A stretch of 64,000 bases of DNA from a virus. Both the position numbers and the translations under genes were made by a program. The DNA is taken from IMG/VR virus record IMGVR_UViG_3300033048_000096; one strand, given 5' to 3'. Below, in pieces: positions 52,274-60,625 of the stretch (the stretch's first letter is position 1; each line of letters starts with the position of its first letter). The notes beneath the pieces are model-generated. The model saw only the letters and a program-made list of their open reading frames with translations, was not told the DNA's origin and did not search any database.

Positions 52274-52774
52274 TTAGAACCTCAATAGTGGAGCACTACT
52301 TAATGTATTTGGGGAACTGAACGAATTGGAACCGACAGTGTCATTTAACTTGTCAGCAATTAATATAGACCCAACCGTTACTCCCACACCAGCGCCAAAT
52401 AATACCCATCTCTCAATCTTAGTTAGATTGTTCTGCCTCTCAAGAGATCTTATCCTCGATAAATCTAAGTCGTGAAGATTGCTATACTCAGACACTTGCA
52501 AATCTTTTATCCCTATTACCGACTCTAAACCAATTACTTGCTGATTTAAATTAGAATCTAACTTTTTTAACTCAAATATTATCTGACTCTTCGTTTCTAT
52601 CGACTTCTCCAATTGAGACATCTGCTCTCTAAGCTCCTGAATCTCTTCCAGTGAAAATACATAAGAATCCTCAGAAAGAACCTCTCCGGACTTCATAACC
52701 TCACTGCCATAAGCGTAAGGAGCTAACAAAGAGATAACCAAACCTGTGACTATAAACTTACTGAAGATCTTCAT
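52274..52774 (-). CDS. Secreted coiled-coil protein with C-terminal hydrophobic segment (spanin-like partner)
   Basis: Signal peptide (AYG/S), coiled coil, WVLFGAGVGVTVGSILIA; located in the holin cassette. Confidence 0.45.
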   Translation of the reverse strand: MKIFSKFIVTGLVISLLAPYAYGSEVMKSGEVLSEDSYVFSLEEIQELREQMSQLEKSIETKSQIIFELKKLDSNLNQQVIGLESVIGIKDLQVSEYSNLHDLDLSRIRSLERQNNLTKIERWVLFGAGVGVTVGSILIADKLNDTVGSNSFSSPNTLSSAPLLRF

Positions 52775-53003
52775 CGATTACCCCAACTAAACCTATGTCT
52801 GGCTCCGGAAACGAAAACTCACTAGGAACAATTAGCGACTTTAACTCCCATAAGTCTATGCTAACTCGCTCGTCCAAAACAGTATGAGCTATCTTGACAG
52901 AAATCTTGTCATCGGAATATCTAAATATAGCCAATGCTAGCCTCTTCTTTAAACTATTTTTACTGAACTTTAAATAACTTAACAAATTACCTAACTCAGA
53001 CAT
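52758..53003 (-). CDS. Hypothetical protein
   Basis: 81 aa, overlapping both neighbours. Confidence 0.5.
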   Translation of the reverse strand: MSELGNLLSYLKFSKNSLKKRLALAIFRYSDDKISVKIAHTVLDERVSIDLWELKSLIVPSEFSFPEPDIGLVGVIDEDLQ

Positions 53004-53332
53004 TATAAATCCCTCTCTTTGAAAAAATTCTCAAGATCTTTTACGGATAGGTCAATTCTCTCCTCACGCTTCTTGTCCTCAAGAAACTTAATCTTCTCTC
53101 TGATCAAAGACTCCTCCTCCTTTAGGTTACTAACCATAAGAAGCTTCTCCTCGGAGTCTTCAGATAAGTTTGCTATCTCAATCTCAGAACTTACTCTAGA
53201 TAACTCATAATCCATCTTGTCCTTAGCGCTAATCTTAGATCTTATAAAGAAATATAATACAAAACTTAATATACCCAAAATAGAAGCCGCTATAGCTTTA
53301 ACCTTCATACTCATTTTGTTGAAAAAATTCAT
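53003..53332 (-). CDS. Inner-membrane spanin-like protein (N-terminal TM helix + coiled coil)
   Basis: AIAASILGILSFVLYFFI followed by a charged coiled coil; directly after the holin-like gene. Confidence 0.5.
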   Translation of the reverse strand: MNFFNKMSMKVKAIAASILGILSFVLYFFIRSKISAKDKMDYELSRVSSEIEIANLSEDSEEKLLMVSNLKEEESLIREKIKFLEDKKREERIDLSVKDLENFFKERDL

Positions 53333-53335
53333 GAC

Positions 53336-53614
53336 TTAAACCTCATCTGCGTTACCAGGCTTTCCATTGTTAGGTAAGAACTTGCTGTCAGTCCATCGCC
53401 TAGATACATATGCCGTAAATGTAGCACCTAAGTATACAGCCATAACTGAACTGTCCAAAGCTTGAAGCTCAAAGCTATATTCACCTAGGTTAACCGAACC
53501 AAATGTCGACAAAAGAACATTAAAAGTTACTATAACAAATGACCACAAAGCAAATGTTAACATAGCATCTGGCTTTCCATTAGTATTTTTAATCCACCAA
53601 GTCTTATTTTCCAT
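53336..53614 (-). CDS. Holin-like protein with two TM helices
   Basis: Probable start MENKTWW at 53614 with SD AAGGAG; two hydrophobic helices and a charged C-terminal tail. Confidence 0.55.
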   Translation of the reverse strand: MENKTWWIKNTNGKPDAMLTFALWSFVIVTFNVLLSTFGSVNLGEYSFELQALDSSVMAVYLGATFTAYVSRRWTDSKFLPNNGKPGNADEV

Positions 53615-53630
53615 ATTAATCTCCTTATTG

Positions 53631-55643
53631 TTATTGTACCACAGGTATGTTGGATAAGTTAAAATCATAAGTGTAAACTATATCAGTCTTATCCAACCTC
53701 TTCAATGCTATAGTCTGTTTGCCAAATCTCCTGTTAAATATCTTCTCCCTACCAACACTTAACACTTCATATATAAACTCAAAATCTTCAGTAAAGTCAA
53801 ATCTCAAAATTAAATCCCGATCTCTAATCGCTGGTATCGGTGTCGTCCAACAACTAGGCTCAAACTCTTGCCGCAAATGAGACTGCTCACCAAGGGATAA
53901 ATCTTCCGATGCCTCACTATATGATACCAAAATTCTCCTATCTGTTCTTCTTAAATTATCATACTGAAGGTAACCTCCAGAATATCCGGTGCCATAACAC
54001 TCCTGACAAGACTTCACCTTAGGGCTCATCTTTCTGCTATCCATGCAAGTGCAGGTTATACCATCCCATATCCTCTTTAAAAGAATTACCGGCTCACCTG
54101 TTACACCCAACAAAACCTCTTCGCGATTTAACATTCTATCATAAAGATTGAATCCGCGGAATCCATTAAACTCACCACCAATGTAGCTGCCGCAATCAGC
54201 ACCACTCTTACCTGTTAATACCTCTTCCGGTCTCGGATCATGCCATCCGCAAAAATCAAAACCCGTGTAAAATACCTTGTCATTGTCAGAATAATCCGTA
54301 ACAACAACTCCCTCGCCATTAACAAATCTCTCAAAATCATAACCGTCCTGATATGTCGGGGTTGACATAACTATTACCGTATTCACATCAGTGCAATCTA
54401 AAAATAATTTAACCGAATCACCAGGAAGATAAAAACCAGGAGAAGTCTCCAATATACCACGCCCATTTATGCTGACAGAGAATGTATTCGTTACACGATC
54501 CAAACTGTCATACCTTATTACCTCATTACCTATTATAATTATACCAGCATTAGGGTAACCATATACAGAATCTACTGTTATAAATAAACCAGATGGCTCA
54601 ACATTAGAAATTACTGTAGATGACTCAGGCAATCTGTAAAATCCGCTGTCAACCTCCTCCATTCCTACTAAATCAAATACGTCAACCGAAACCTCCAATG
54701 ACCGGGCGCCAAATGATAGAGAAACACCAGCAGCTAAACCACTTAAGTTAGCCTCTCTTATACCAGGAAGAGAAATGTACTTTGGATTGTCAAAAACATT
54801 CAACCTAAAACTATCCTCGTAAACTATGACAAATGACTCGTTTTTATAATTCTTTTGAATAGACTCGTTCCACTCTATAAATACCGAATCACCACTGCCA
54901 ACATCAGATACGCGCTCTATGCCTTGGAAAAATCCAGAGAAACCACTCTGTGGGAATATTGGAGGCAATATTAAATCTTTTAAACTTACGCTGAAATTAA
55001 TGTCCGATATTAAAAAATTACCCGTAGTGTCAGAAATACTATAGCGGAGATTGATAGAACCATTTCTTAAGGATTCAATCGGATCTATCCTGACAAAACA
55101 ACTCGTGCCACTTATCGTTATATCAGATAATGGGCCGTTATGCTCCAAATCAACCGATCCATCCAATATGTAATTTAAGCCATTTAAAGATATTGTCACG
55201 GAATCCTTGTCTATTCCGTCAATTATATCCTCAAACTCAAAATATAAAACTTGAGGGCTAAATAAAACCTCGCCGTCATTGGGGGACGAAGTTACCAATA
55301 TAGGCTCGTTAGGTATCGTCTTAAATGAATACGTTCTGTTTAAATATACTCCAGCAAAATTACGTACCTGTATCTTTACATCATAAGCTTTCCCAACTAA
55401 AAAATTAGACTCAGGGTCAACCACAACGATAAAGTTGGCTCCTTCAGGCAATATAGATGATAAGGCTCCGTCAAATCCACTCTCAAACGATGTGCCGCTT
55501 ATTGACCTAAATCCCTTTATCTCAACTATAAGCGTAGATATATCTATGCCGGTGCCGTCATCAACTAAGGTGAACTCAACCGGAGAATCTAAAGATACTA
55601 ACTTCTCTCCCGGTGATGGGGAAATTCCTGTCAATAAGATCAT
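53631..55643 (-). CDS. Neck/head-closure protein with N-terminal Ig-like domains and a zinc-binding insert
   Basis: C-terminal GEPVILLKR..GITCTC...CQECYGTGYSGGY...PAIRDRDLILR..YEV resembles large-phage head-closure proteins; ISPSPGE and SSPNDGE are Ig-like starts. Confidence 0.65.
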   Translation of the reverse strand: MILLTGISPSPGEKLVSLDSPVEFTLVDDGTGIDISTLIVEIKGFRSISGTSFESGFDGALSSILPEGANFIVVVDPESNFLVGKAYDVKIQVRNFAGVYLNRTYSFKTIPNEPILVTSSPNDGEVLFSPQVLYFEFEDIIDGIDKDSVTISLNGLNYILDGSVDLEHNGPLSDITISGTSCFVRIDPIESLRNGSINLRYSISDTTGNFLISDINFSVSLKDLILPPIFPQSGFSGFFQGIERVSDVGSGDSVFIEWNESIQKNYKNESFVIVYEDSFRLNVFDNPKYISLPGIREANLSGLAAGVSLSFGARSLEVSVDVFDLVGMEEVDSGFYRLPESSTVISNVEPSGLFITVDSVYGYPNAGIIIIGNEVIRYDSLDRVTNTFSVSINGRGILETSPGFYLPGDSVKLFLDCTDVNTVIVMSTPTYQDGYDFERFVNGEGVVVTDYSDNDKVFYTGFDFCGWHDPRPEEVLTGKSGADCGSYIGGEFNGFRGFNLYDRMLNREEVLLGVTGEPVILLKRIWDGITCTCMDSRKMSPKVKSCQECYGTGYSGGYLQYDNLRRTDRRILVSYSEASEDLSLGEQSHLRQEFEPSCWTTPIPAIRDRDLILRFDFTEDFEFIYEVLSVGREKIFNRRFGKQTIALKRLDKTDIVYTYDFNLSNIPVVQ

Positions 55644-55680
55644 ATCTGCTCCTCTATGATATATATAAACTAATAATATA

Positions 55681-56184
55681 TCATTGAGTTTTTTCTAATA
55701 GCTCTCTTTTCTTCTCTTCTCGGTTTTCAATCGGAATCTCGTGGTACTCTATTAAATCCTCGACGTAATCTTCCGCCTCATCAAATCCACGCTCATCAGC
55801 TTCGTACTCTATCTGATACTGAAACGCCTCAATCTCATCACCGCGATCTAAATAATCCTGCTCCTCTAATGACTCAAGACCCTTTAACTTCATGTGCTGA
55901 AGTGAATGAACCAACTCGTGAATAGCATACCTCATTATAGTCTCGAACTCCTCATCCATTAAACTCGAATTAAGCTGAATCGCAGAATCAATCGTCTTCG
56001 CTGAAGCCTCCAAATTATCAACAAACTCAAATGATATGCCATCTATAATGTCTGTTCCGAAACCATACTCCTTACATATCTCTTTCGCTATACTGTTGGC
56101 TCGTAACTCGCGCTTAACCTTAGCCAAAAGCTCTATCGTGTTCTGAAGATTAGATTTTGACTTATTTGATATTACTGTTATCAC
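55681..56184 (-). CDS. Zincin-like metallopeptidase
   Basis: AIHELVHSLQH (HExxH) plus downstream YL...EIEAF. Confidence 0.7.
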   Translation of the reverse strand: MITVISNKSKSNLQNTIELLAKVKRELRANSIAKEICKEYGFGTDIIDGISFEFVDNLEASAKTIDSAIQLNSSLMDEEFETIMRYAIHELVHSLQHMKLKGLESLEEQDYLDRGDEIEAFQYQIEYEADERGFDEAEDYVEDLIEYHEIPIENREEKKRELLEKTQ

Positions 56185-56362
56185 TTAAACCCTCCTCTAT
56201 CGTTACTTTAACCAAATAACTACTCTGCCTTAATGTAGACATACGCTTCTTAGCCTCGTAAATTGCTGTCTCTAATCCCAAAATCTCAAACTCTAACTCA
56301 TTTGGAGTCTGCGGAGACTTATATCCACAATACTTAATCTCGCAAAGATCAGGATCCCTCAT
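56162..56362 (-). CDS. Hypothetical protein
   Basis: 66 aa, ATGA-coupled to the upstream gene. Confidence 0.5.
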   Translation of the reverse strand: MRDPDLCEIKYCGYKSPQTPNELEFEILGLETAIYEAKKRMSTLRQSSYLVKVTIEEGLSDNSNIK

Positions 56363-56544
56363 GCACTCTCCTCTTCTTTAATATCCTCTGTAATCGAACT
56401 CTCATGATCCTCAAGATTCTCATGATGCTCTAACTCTTTCAATAACTCAAGCATTATCTTTGCCATCTTCATGTCTAACGAATGACAACGATCTTTTAAC
56501 TTCATTATGTCATACTCACTGCTCTCAAACTTCTCATTAACCAT
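56359..56544 (-). CDS. Hypothetical coiled-coil protein
   Basis: 61 aa, SD GGAG upstream. Confidence 0.5.
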   Translation of the reverse strand: MVNEKFESSEYDIMKLKDRCHSLDMKMAKIMLELLKELEHHENLEDHESSITEDIKEEESA

Positions 56545-56545
56545 A

Positions 56546-57181
56546 TTATTCTCCGCTATCTCTGGATTTTAACAAAAACTTTATCTTCTCTAGAGCCAGT
56601 ATCAAATCTGTAACTGTCTTGTTGTAATTCTCTAATAATTCACGCAACTCTATAACACGATCACTATTCACCTTCTGCAAACGATCCTCAAAATCCGATC
56701 GCAATGAATCGTTTACCTGGGTTATATTCGTCTGCAATGACTGAACTGATAACTCAAGCTTGCTAATTGAATCCTCTAGAGATTTTCTGACATACCAAAC
56801 AGGGACTCCGTCACTGTCACGAATGCTATGCCACTCCCATAAATCCTGGGTCTTCCTCTCCACCTGAGATATCTTCGTGTCAACTTCTAATATCTGAGTA
56901 CCTAACTTCTCGATATTTAATAACTCCGTCTTCTCTAAATCAACTATCTGCTCTACCATCGGTATCATAGAATTTAAACTCGAACAAGCATCCTCCTGAC
57001 GCTTCTTCATATCCTCAACTATATATAATATCTTGTCAATGTCAGAACTGTCATTAGACTTCTTCGGAGAACTCTTGTTGAATAACTGCTTCTCACGAAA
57101 CGTAATCCAAGCTATTGATATCGCCAAAAGGACTCCAAACATACCGCCCTTCTCAATTAGATATGTTATGATAAGTTCCAT
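56546..57181 (-). CDS. Membrane-anchored coiled-coil protein
   Basis: Probable start MELII at 57181 (SD GGGAG); TM segment GGMFGVLLAISIAWI then long coiled coils. Confidence 0.6.
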   Translation of the reverse strand: MELIITYLIEKGGMFGVLLAISIAWITFREKQLFNKSSPKKSNDSSDIDKILYIVEDMKKRQEDACSSLNSMIPMVEQIVDLEKTELLNIEKLGTQILEVDTKISQVERKTQDLWEWHSIRDSDGVPVWYVRKSLEDSISKLELSVQSLQTNITQVNDSLRSDFEDRLQKVNSDRVIELRELLENYNKTVTDLILALEKIKFLLKSRDSGE

Positions 57182-57325
57182 ACGATACACTCCCAACTCT
57201 TGTGTTTGTACATTGACAAACCAAATATTATTAGAAACTAACTCTTTACTTAACTTATTCTCTAATATATAGGAACATACCGCCAATCAGCCTAAGAGCC
57301 CGCATAGAGGCCTATACAACCGAAG

Positions 57326-59104
57326 CTAAACCGCAGGCACTAAGCCTAACGAAAAAGCCCCAGAGGGCTTCTGAGGCTGCGCAATCGCTGTCTTAATTAA
57401 TATCTCCACCTTGCTAAACTCAAAATAAGGAATCCGCAACAAACCAATGCCACTATCCTCGCAAAACTTATTCTTAATCTCATCTCTACGCTTAATAAAC
57501 TCCAATGACTCCTCGGGGTTCTTCCACCAACCCTCATAATGCTGCTTGCCATCATACTCTATGCATAAATTATAGTCGGGCAAATAAAAATCAAATCTTA
57601 GACAGGCTTTATCAGCACACTCTGCGAATGTTTTCTGACAGGAAAACTCTATATTCAATTTGTTAAGAATCTCTCTTACCTTGATTTCACCCTTGCTTGA
57701 ACGGCACCCGGGGCAGCCATCGCCACTTAGATGATTGCTAGGCTTCTGCGCAAATTCCCCATGAACCTCGCATATAATGGTAACTTTAGTTTTTGAGTTA
57801 CTATAATCAACTTTCGAATAATTATATTTGGATCCATGAATCGCTTTTGCTTTCTCTGTAAAAGCTGCCGTCGTTGAGGTTCTGGAGCTAGCTGCATCTT
57901 CTCTGCTACACTTTCGGCAGCCTTTACGATCGAGATGATTGCCAGCGATTTGCTCGAATTCACCATGAGCCTCGCATATAATGGTAACTTTATCACCAGT
58001 TCTTTTGTAATCAACTTTCGAATAGTCATAACGATTTTTATGTATTTCTCTTGCCTTACTTATAAAAGTCTCGGTGTTACCAGCTTTTGACTCAGATATA
58101 CTTATGAATCCGCACTCAAAACACCCCCGGCCTAGAGCATGATATTTTGGGGTCTGGAAAAATTCACCATGGATCCCGCATATGATGACGACTTTTGATA
58201 AGGACCTAGTATAATTTACATATCTGTAATCATACCTATCTCCATGCACAAGTCTAGCTTTTTTCACGAACTCAATGGTTTTTGCTGCTTTATCTTTAGG
58301 CAAACTTTCTGCGATGCATTTACAACATCCCAAACCCACACAATGACCTTTTGGTGATTGTGAAAATTTTCCATGTACTTTACAGATTATTATAATTTTT
58401 TCTTTAGAATTATAGTTGGATTCTGAGTAGTCATAACGCTCTCCATGGGTTAGTTTAGCTTCTTTTACAAACTCAGTGGTATTTAAAAATTTATATGATT
58501 TATTTTTATTACATAATACGCATCCATATCCACTAAGATGATCGTTGGGGGTTTGTAAAAACTCACCGTGAATATCGCATATAGGAGTGACTTTTGTTTT
58601 CGAATCAATATAATCAACTTTTGAGTAATCATATTTAGATCCATGCATAGCTTTCGCTTTTTTTATAAAATCTGATGTGCTTAACCTTTTTGAATTAGCT
58701 GTCCGTTCCCGACCACATTTTCGACACCCCGACCCTGACAGATGGCGGTTTGGTATTTGCTCAAAACTACCATGCACGTTGCATATAATTGTTATCTTAT
58801 TTTTGCTGCCCGTATATATAGTTTTCGAATAATCATATTTTCCACTATGAACTGCTAAAGATTTTTGGATAAAATCTTCGGTGGTTAACTTTTTCAAGTT
58901 ACCCATTTCACATCTGCTACATAATTTGCAACCTTTTGTGTTGATATGATTATCAGGAACTTGACAAAACTCTCCATGCTTAGGGCAGATTATAGTTACC
59001 GCTGTTTTTGCGTTAATATAATTTACCATTGAATAATCATATTTACCATTATGAATAAAGTTGCTTTTCTCTATAAAACTTGCTTTTCTTGATTTTTTTA
59101 CCAT
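57326..59104 (-). CDS. Free-standing homing-type endonuclease: 7 tandem zinc-ribbon (DUF723-like) repeats + C-terminal PD-(D/E)XK/Vsr-like nuclease
   Basis: Seven repeats of F..KA..HG..YDYS...Y.....V.IIC..HGEF.Q.P..H..G.GC..C, then SKGE...RFDFYLPDYNLCIEYDGKQHY...D..KN..C....I.LLRIPY. Probable start 59104; the ORF-track extension to 59383 crosses a non-coding repeat array. Confidence 0.85.
   Translation of the reverse strand: MVKKSRKASFIEKSNFIHNGKYDYSMVNYINAKTAVTIICPKHGEFCQVPDNHINTKGCKLCSRCEMGNLKKLTTEDFIQKSLAVHSGKYDYSKTIYTGSKNKITIICNVHGSFEQIPNRHLSGSGCRKCGRERTANSKRLSTSDFIKKAKAMHGSKYDYSKVDYIDSKTKVTPICDIHGEFLQTPNDHLSGYGCVLCNKNKSYKFLNTTEFVKEAKLTHGERYDYSESNYNSKEKIIIICKVHGKFSQSPKGHCVGLGCCKCIAESLPKDKAAKTIEFVKKARLVHGDRYDYRYVNYTRSLSKVVIICGIHGEFFQTPKYHALGRGCFECGFISISESKAGNTETFISKAREIHKNRYDYSKVDYKRTGDKVTIICEAHGEFEQIAGNHLDRKGCRKCSREDAASSRTSTTAAFTEKAKAIHGSKYNYSKVDYSNSKTKVTIICEVHGEFAQKPSNHLSGDGCPGCRSSKGEIKVREILNKLNIEFSCQKTFAECADKACLRFDFYLPDYNLCIEYDGKQHYEGWWKNPEESLEFIKRRDEIKNKFCEDSGIGLLRIPYFEFSKVEILIKTAIAQPQKPSGAFSLGLVPAV
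57352..57379 (-). terminator. Intrinsic terminator, copy 2 (overlaps the last codons of the endonuclease ORF)
   Basis: Minus strand CAGCCTCAGA-AGCCC-TCTGGGGCT-TTTT. Confidence 0.7.
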
Positions 59105-59110
59105 GCACAT

Positions 59111-59139
59111 ATTATACCGAAAATCCAAATTTCTGACAA
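59111..59139 (-). promoter_or_regulatory. Sigma70-type promoter for the endonuclease, probably giving a leaderless mRNA
   Basis: TTGTCA (59139-59134), 17-bp spacer, TATAAT (59116-59111), then 6 nt to ATG 59104; no SD. Confidence 0.75.
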
Positions 59140-59366
59140 CAAGAGCATAGACTCGCTGACAACATGCCAGAGCGCAGAGATTCGCTAACATGCACAGAGC
59201 GCGGAAACTCGCTAAAGCAGGGCAGAAAAATAACAGAGGCCAGCTAACAACAAAGCAGAAAAAACAACGCAGAGATTCTCTGACAACATGCGCAGAGCCT
59301 CGCTGGAAACAGGCCGAAAATAACATAGAAGGCCAGCAGAGAAAATACCCCAGAGATTCGCTGACG
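59125..59366. repeat. Degenerate repeat array, ~6-7 copies of GCAGAGATTCGCTGACAACATG
   Basis: Copies begin near 59125 (partial), 59145, 59174, 59201, 59269, 59292 and 59350; a second motif GGC.GAAAA.TAACA..AGGCCAGC occurs twice. Confidence 0.7.
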
Positions 59367-59381
59367 CCCAAAAATTTAAGC

Positions 59382-59414
59382 AAAAAAAAGCCCCAGAAGG
59401 GCTCTCTGAGGCTG
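59382..59414 (-). terminator. Intrinsic terminator, copy 1 (after adaptor gene)
   Basis: Minus strand CAGCCTCAGA-GAGCCCT-TCTGGGGCT followed by T7. Confidence 0.85.
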
Positions 59415-59422
59415 ACCGTGAC

Positions 59423-60349
59423 TTAGACTATACGACGGGCCCGTAGGTGCCGCAAACGCGTGTAGGCAGGGCTAGAACCGCCCAAATTGGTATGCGTGCC
59501 GTACCCGCGTGGTCCAGGGCGTATGCTGTTCTTGACGAACTTTAATTTTTCCCTGTACGAAGACAGCCAAGTGCCGTACGTGCTCGAAAGAAAGTCGGCC
59601 AACTGAGGCGGCTGGTAACTCACACCGCCATCAGATATTTGGAATTCCCTACCCTTTTCTACCAAACTCTGGGACGCGATCGCAAAGATAAATGAGCCTT
59701 CCACAACTAGCTGACTTAGGGTCGTTTTAATCAGATCGTCGCTAAAGAGGTATGCAGTAAAGAATGGCGTGGAATTTAGTTCGTGCAAAGCTTGTAAAAG
59801 AAAGCAGATCAATATTTCGTCCTCGAAAACGTTGCAAGCTTCGGTTACGATCTCCCCCGCGTCATCTAGGACGTAAGATCCGTTAATATCCCTTACGGGC
59901 TTCTTTCCAGTGGATCTTAGTCTTGACTTCAAATATTTCAGTAAGATATTGACACCGACAATTTCTTCTGGTGAGAAATCGAAAACAACATCATCTGCCA
60001 AACTAACCTTACCTGGGCCAGTATTAGCGGACAGCCCAGTGGATGGAGATATTACTGTAAAGATAAATGATGTAGATAACGGAGATTCATCAATCACGGC
60101 ATTCCAGTCATCTGTCCAAAGTCCAGCATCACCCAGGGGATCGACACGATAAATATATTGATATAATCCGTCGCCGAGATGATCAACATTTTCGTTTGTA
60201 CTGGCAAGTATGATATTGCCATCAAGATCGGAGATTTGTACAGAAGGAGTATCGTCGGCCATAACTTTGTCTCCGCATACATCAAAGTATTGTATTTGTA
60301 ACGCTACCTCTTGTCCTTGTACAGCAGAGTCTCTTGGATTGCATGGCAT
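59423..60349 (-). CDS. Head-tail adaptor/neck protein with N-terminal Ig-like domain
   Basis: FEDEILICFLLQALHELNSTP...ASQSLVE..REFQISDGGVS resembles adaptor proteins of large myoviruses; N-terminal HLGDGLYQY...GLWTD.W is Ig-like. Confidence 0.65.
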   Translation of the reverse strand: MPCNPRDSAVQGQEVALQIQYFDVCGDKVMADDTPSVQISDLDGNIILASTNENVDHLGDGLYQYIYRVDPLGDAGLWTDDWNAVIDESPLSTSFIFTVISPSTGLSANTGPGKVSLADDVVFDFSPEEIVGVNILLKYLKSRLRSTGKKPVRDINGSYVLDDAGEIVTEACNVFEDEILICFLLQALHELNSTPFFTAYLFSDDLIKTTLSQLVVEGSFIFAIASQSLVEKGREFQISDGGVSYQPPQLADFLSSTYGTWLSSYREKLKFVKNSIRPGPRGYGTHTNLGGSSPAYTRLRHLRARRIV

Positions 60350-60358
60350 ATTGACCTC

Positions 60359-60586
60359 TTATTTTGTGTATAGGATTTTCTTTATAGATCTGATGGTATT
60401 ATCAAACTTACAAAATTCGCTATTTATATAATCAATGGATAGCTGGGAAGCATCTTGATTTGGATCATTTAGAATAAACTCAAATCTGCCGCCAGGAAGT
60501 TTTACAGCCCTTTGAAGACTTAACCCGCTTATAACTAAAAAAGCAGCTAGAGGTAAATCTGATGTAGTAAAGGTATCTTCTTCCAT
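60359..60586 (-). CDS. Small DUF5659-like protein
   Basis: FTTSDLPLAAFL...F.F....I..IK..LY pattern. Confidence 0.55.
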   Translation of the reverse strand: MEEDTFTTSDLPLAAFLVISGLSLQRAVKLPGGRFEFILNDPNQDASQLSIDYINSEFCKFDNTIRSIKKILYTK

Positions 60587-60625
60587 ATTGAACTCCCATT
60601 CAAAAGATCTCTAATTTATTAATAG

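Noticed and set aside
59125-59366. CRISPR array
   Set aside because: Repeats are degenerate, spacing is irregular (about 20-70 bp), intervening sequences are themselves partly repeated, and there are no cas genes.
59105-59383. N-terminal extension of the endonuclease ORF (MLKFLGV...) and antisense ORF 59190..59426
   Set aside because: Both are open frames across the low-complexity repeat array; a good promoter lies inside the extension and points to ATG 59104.
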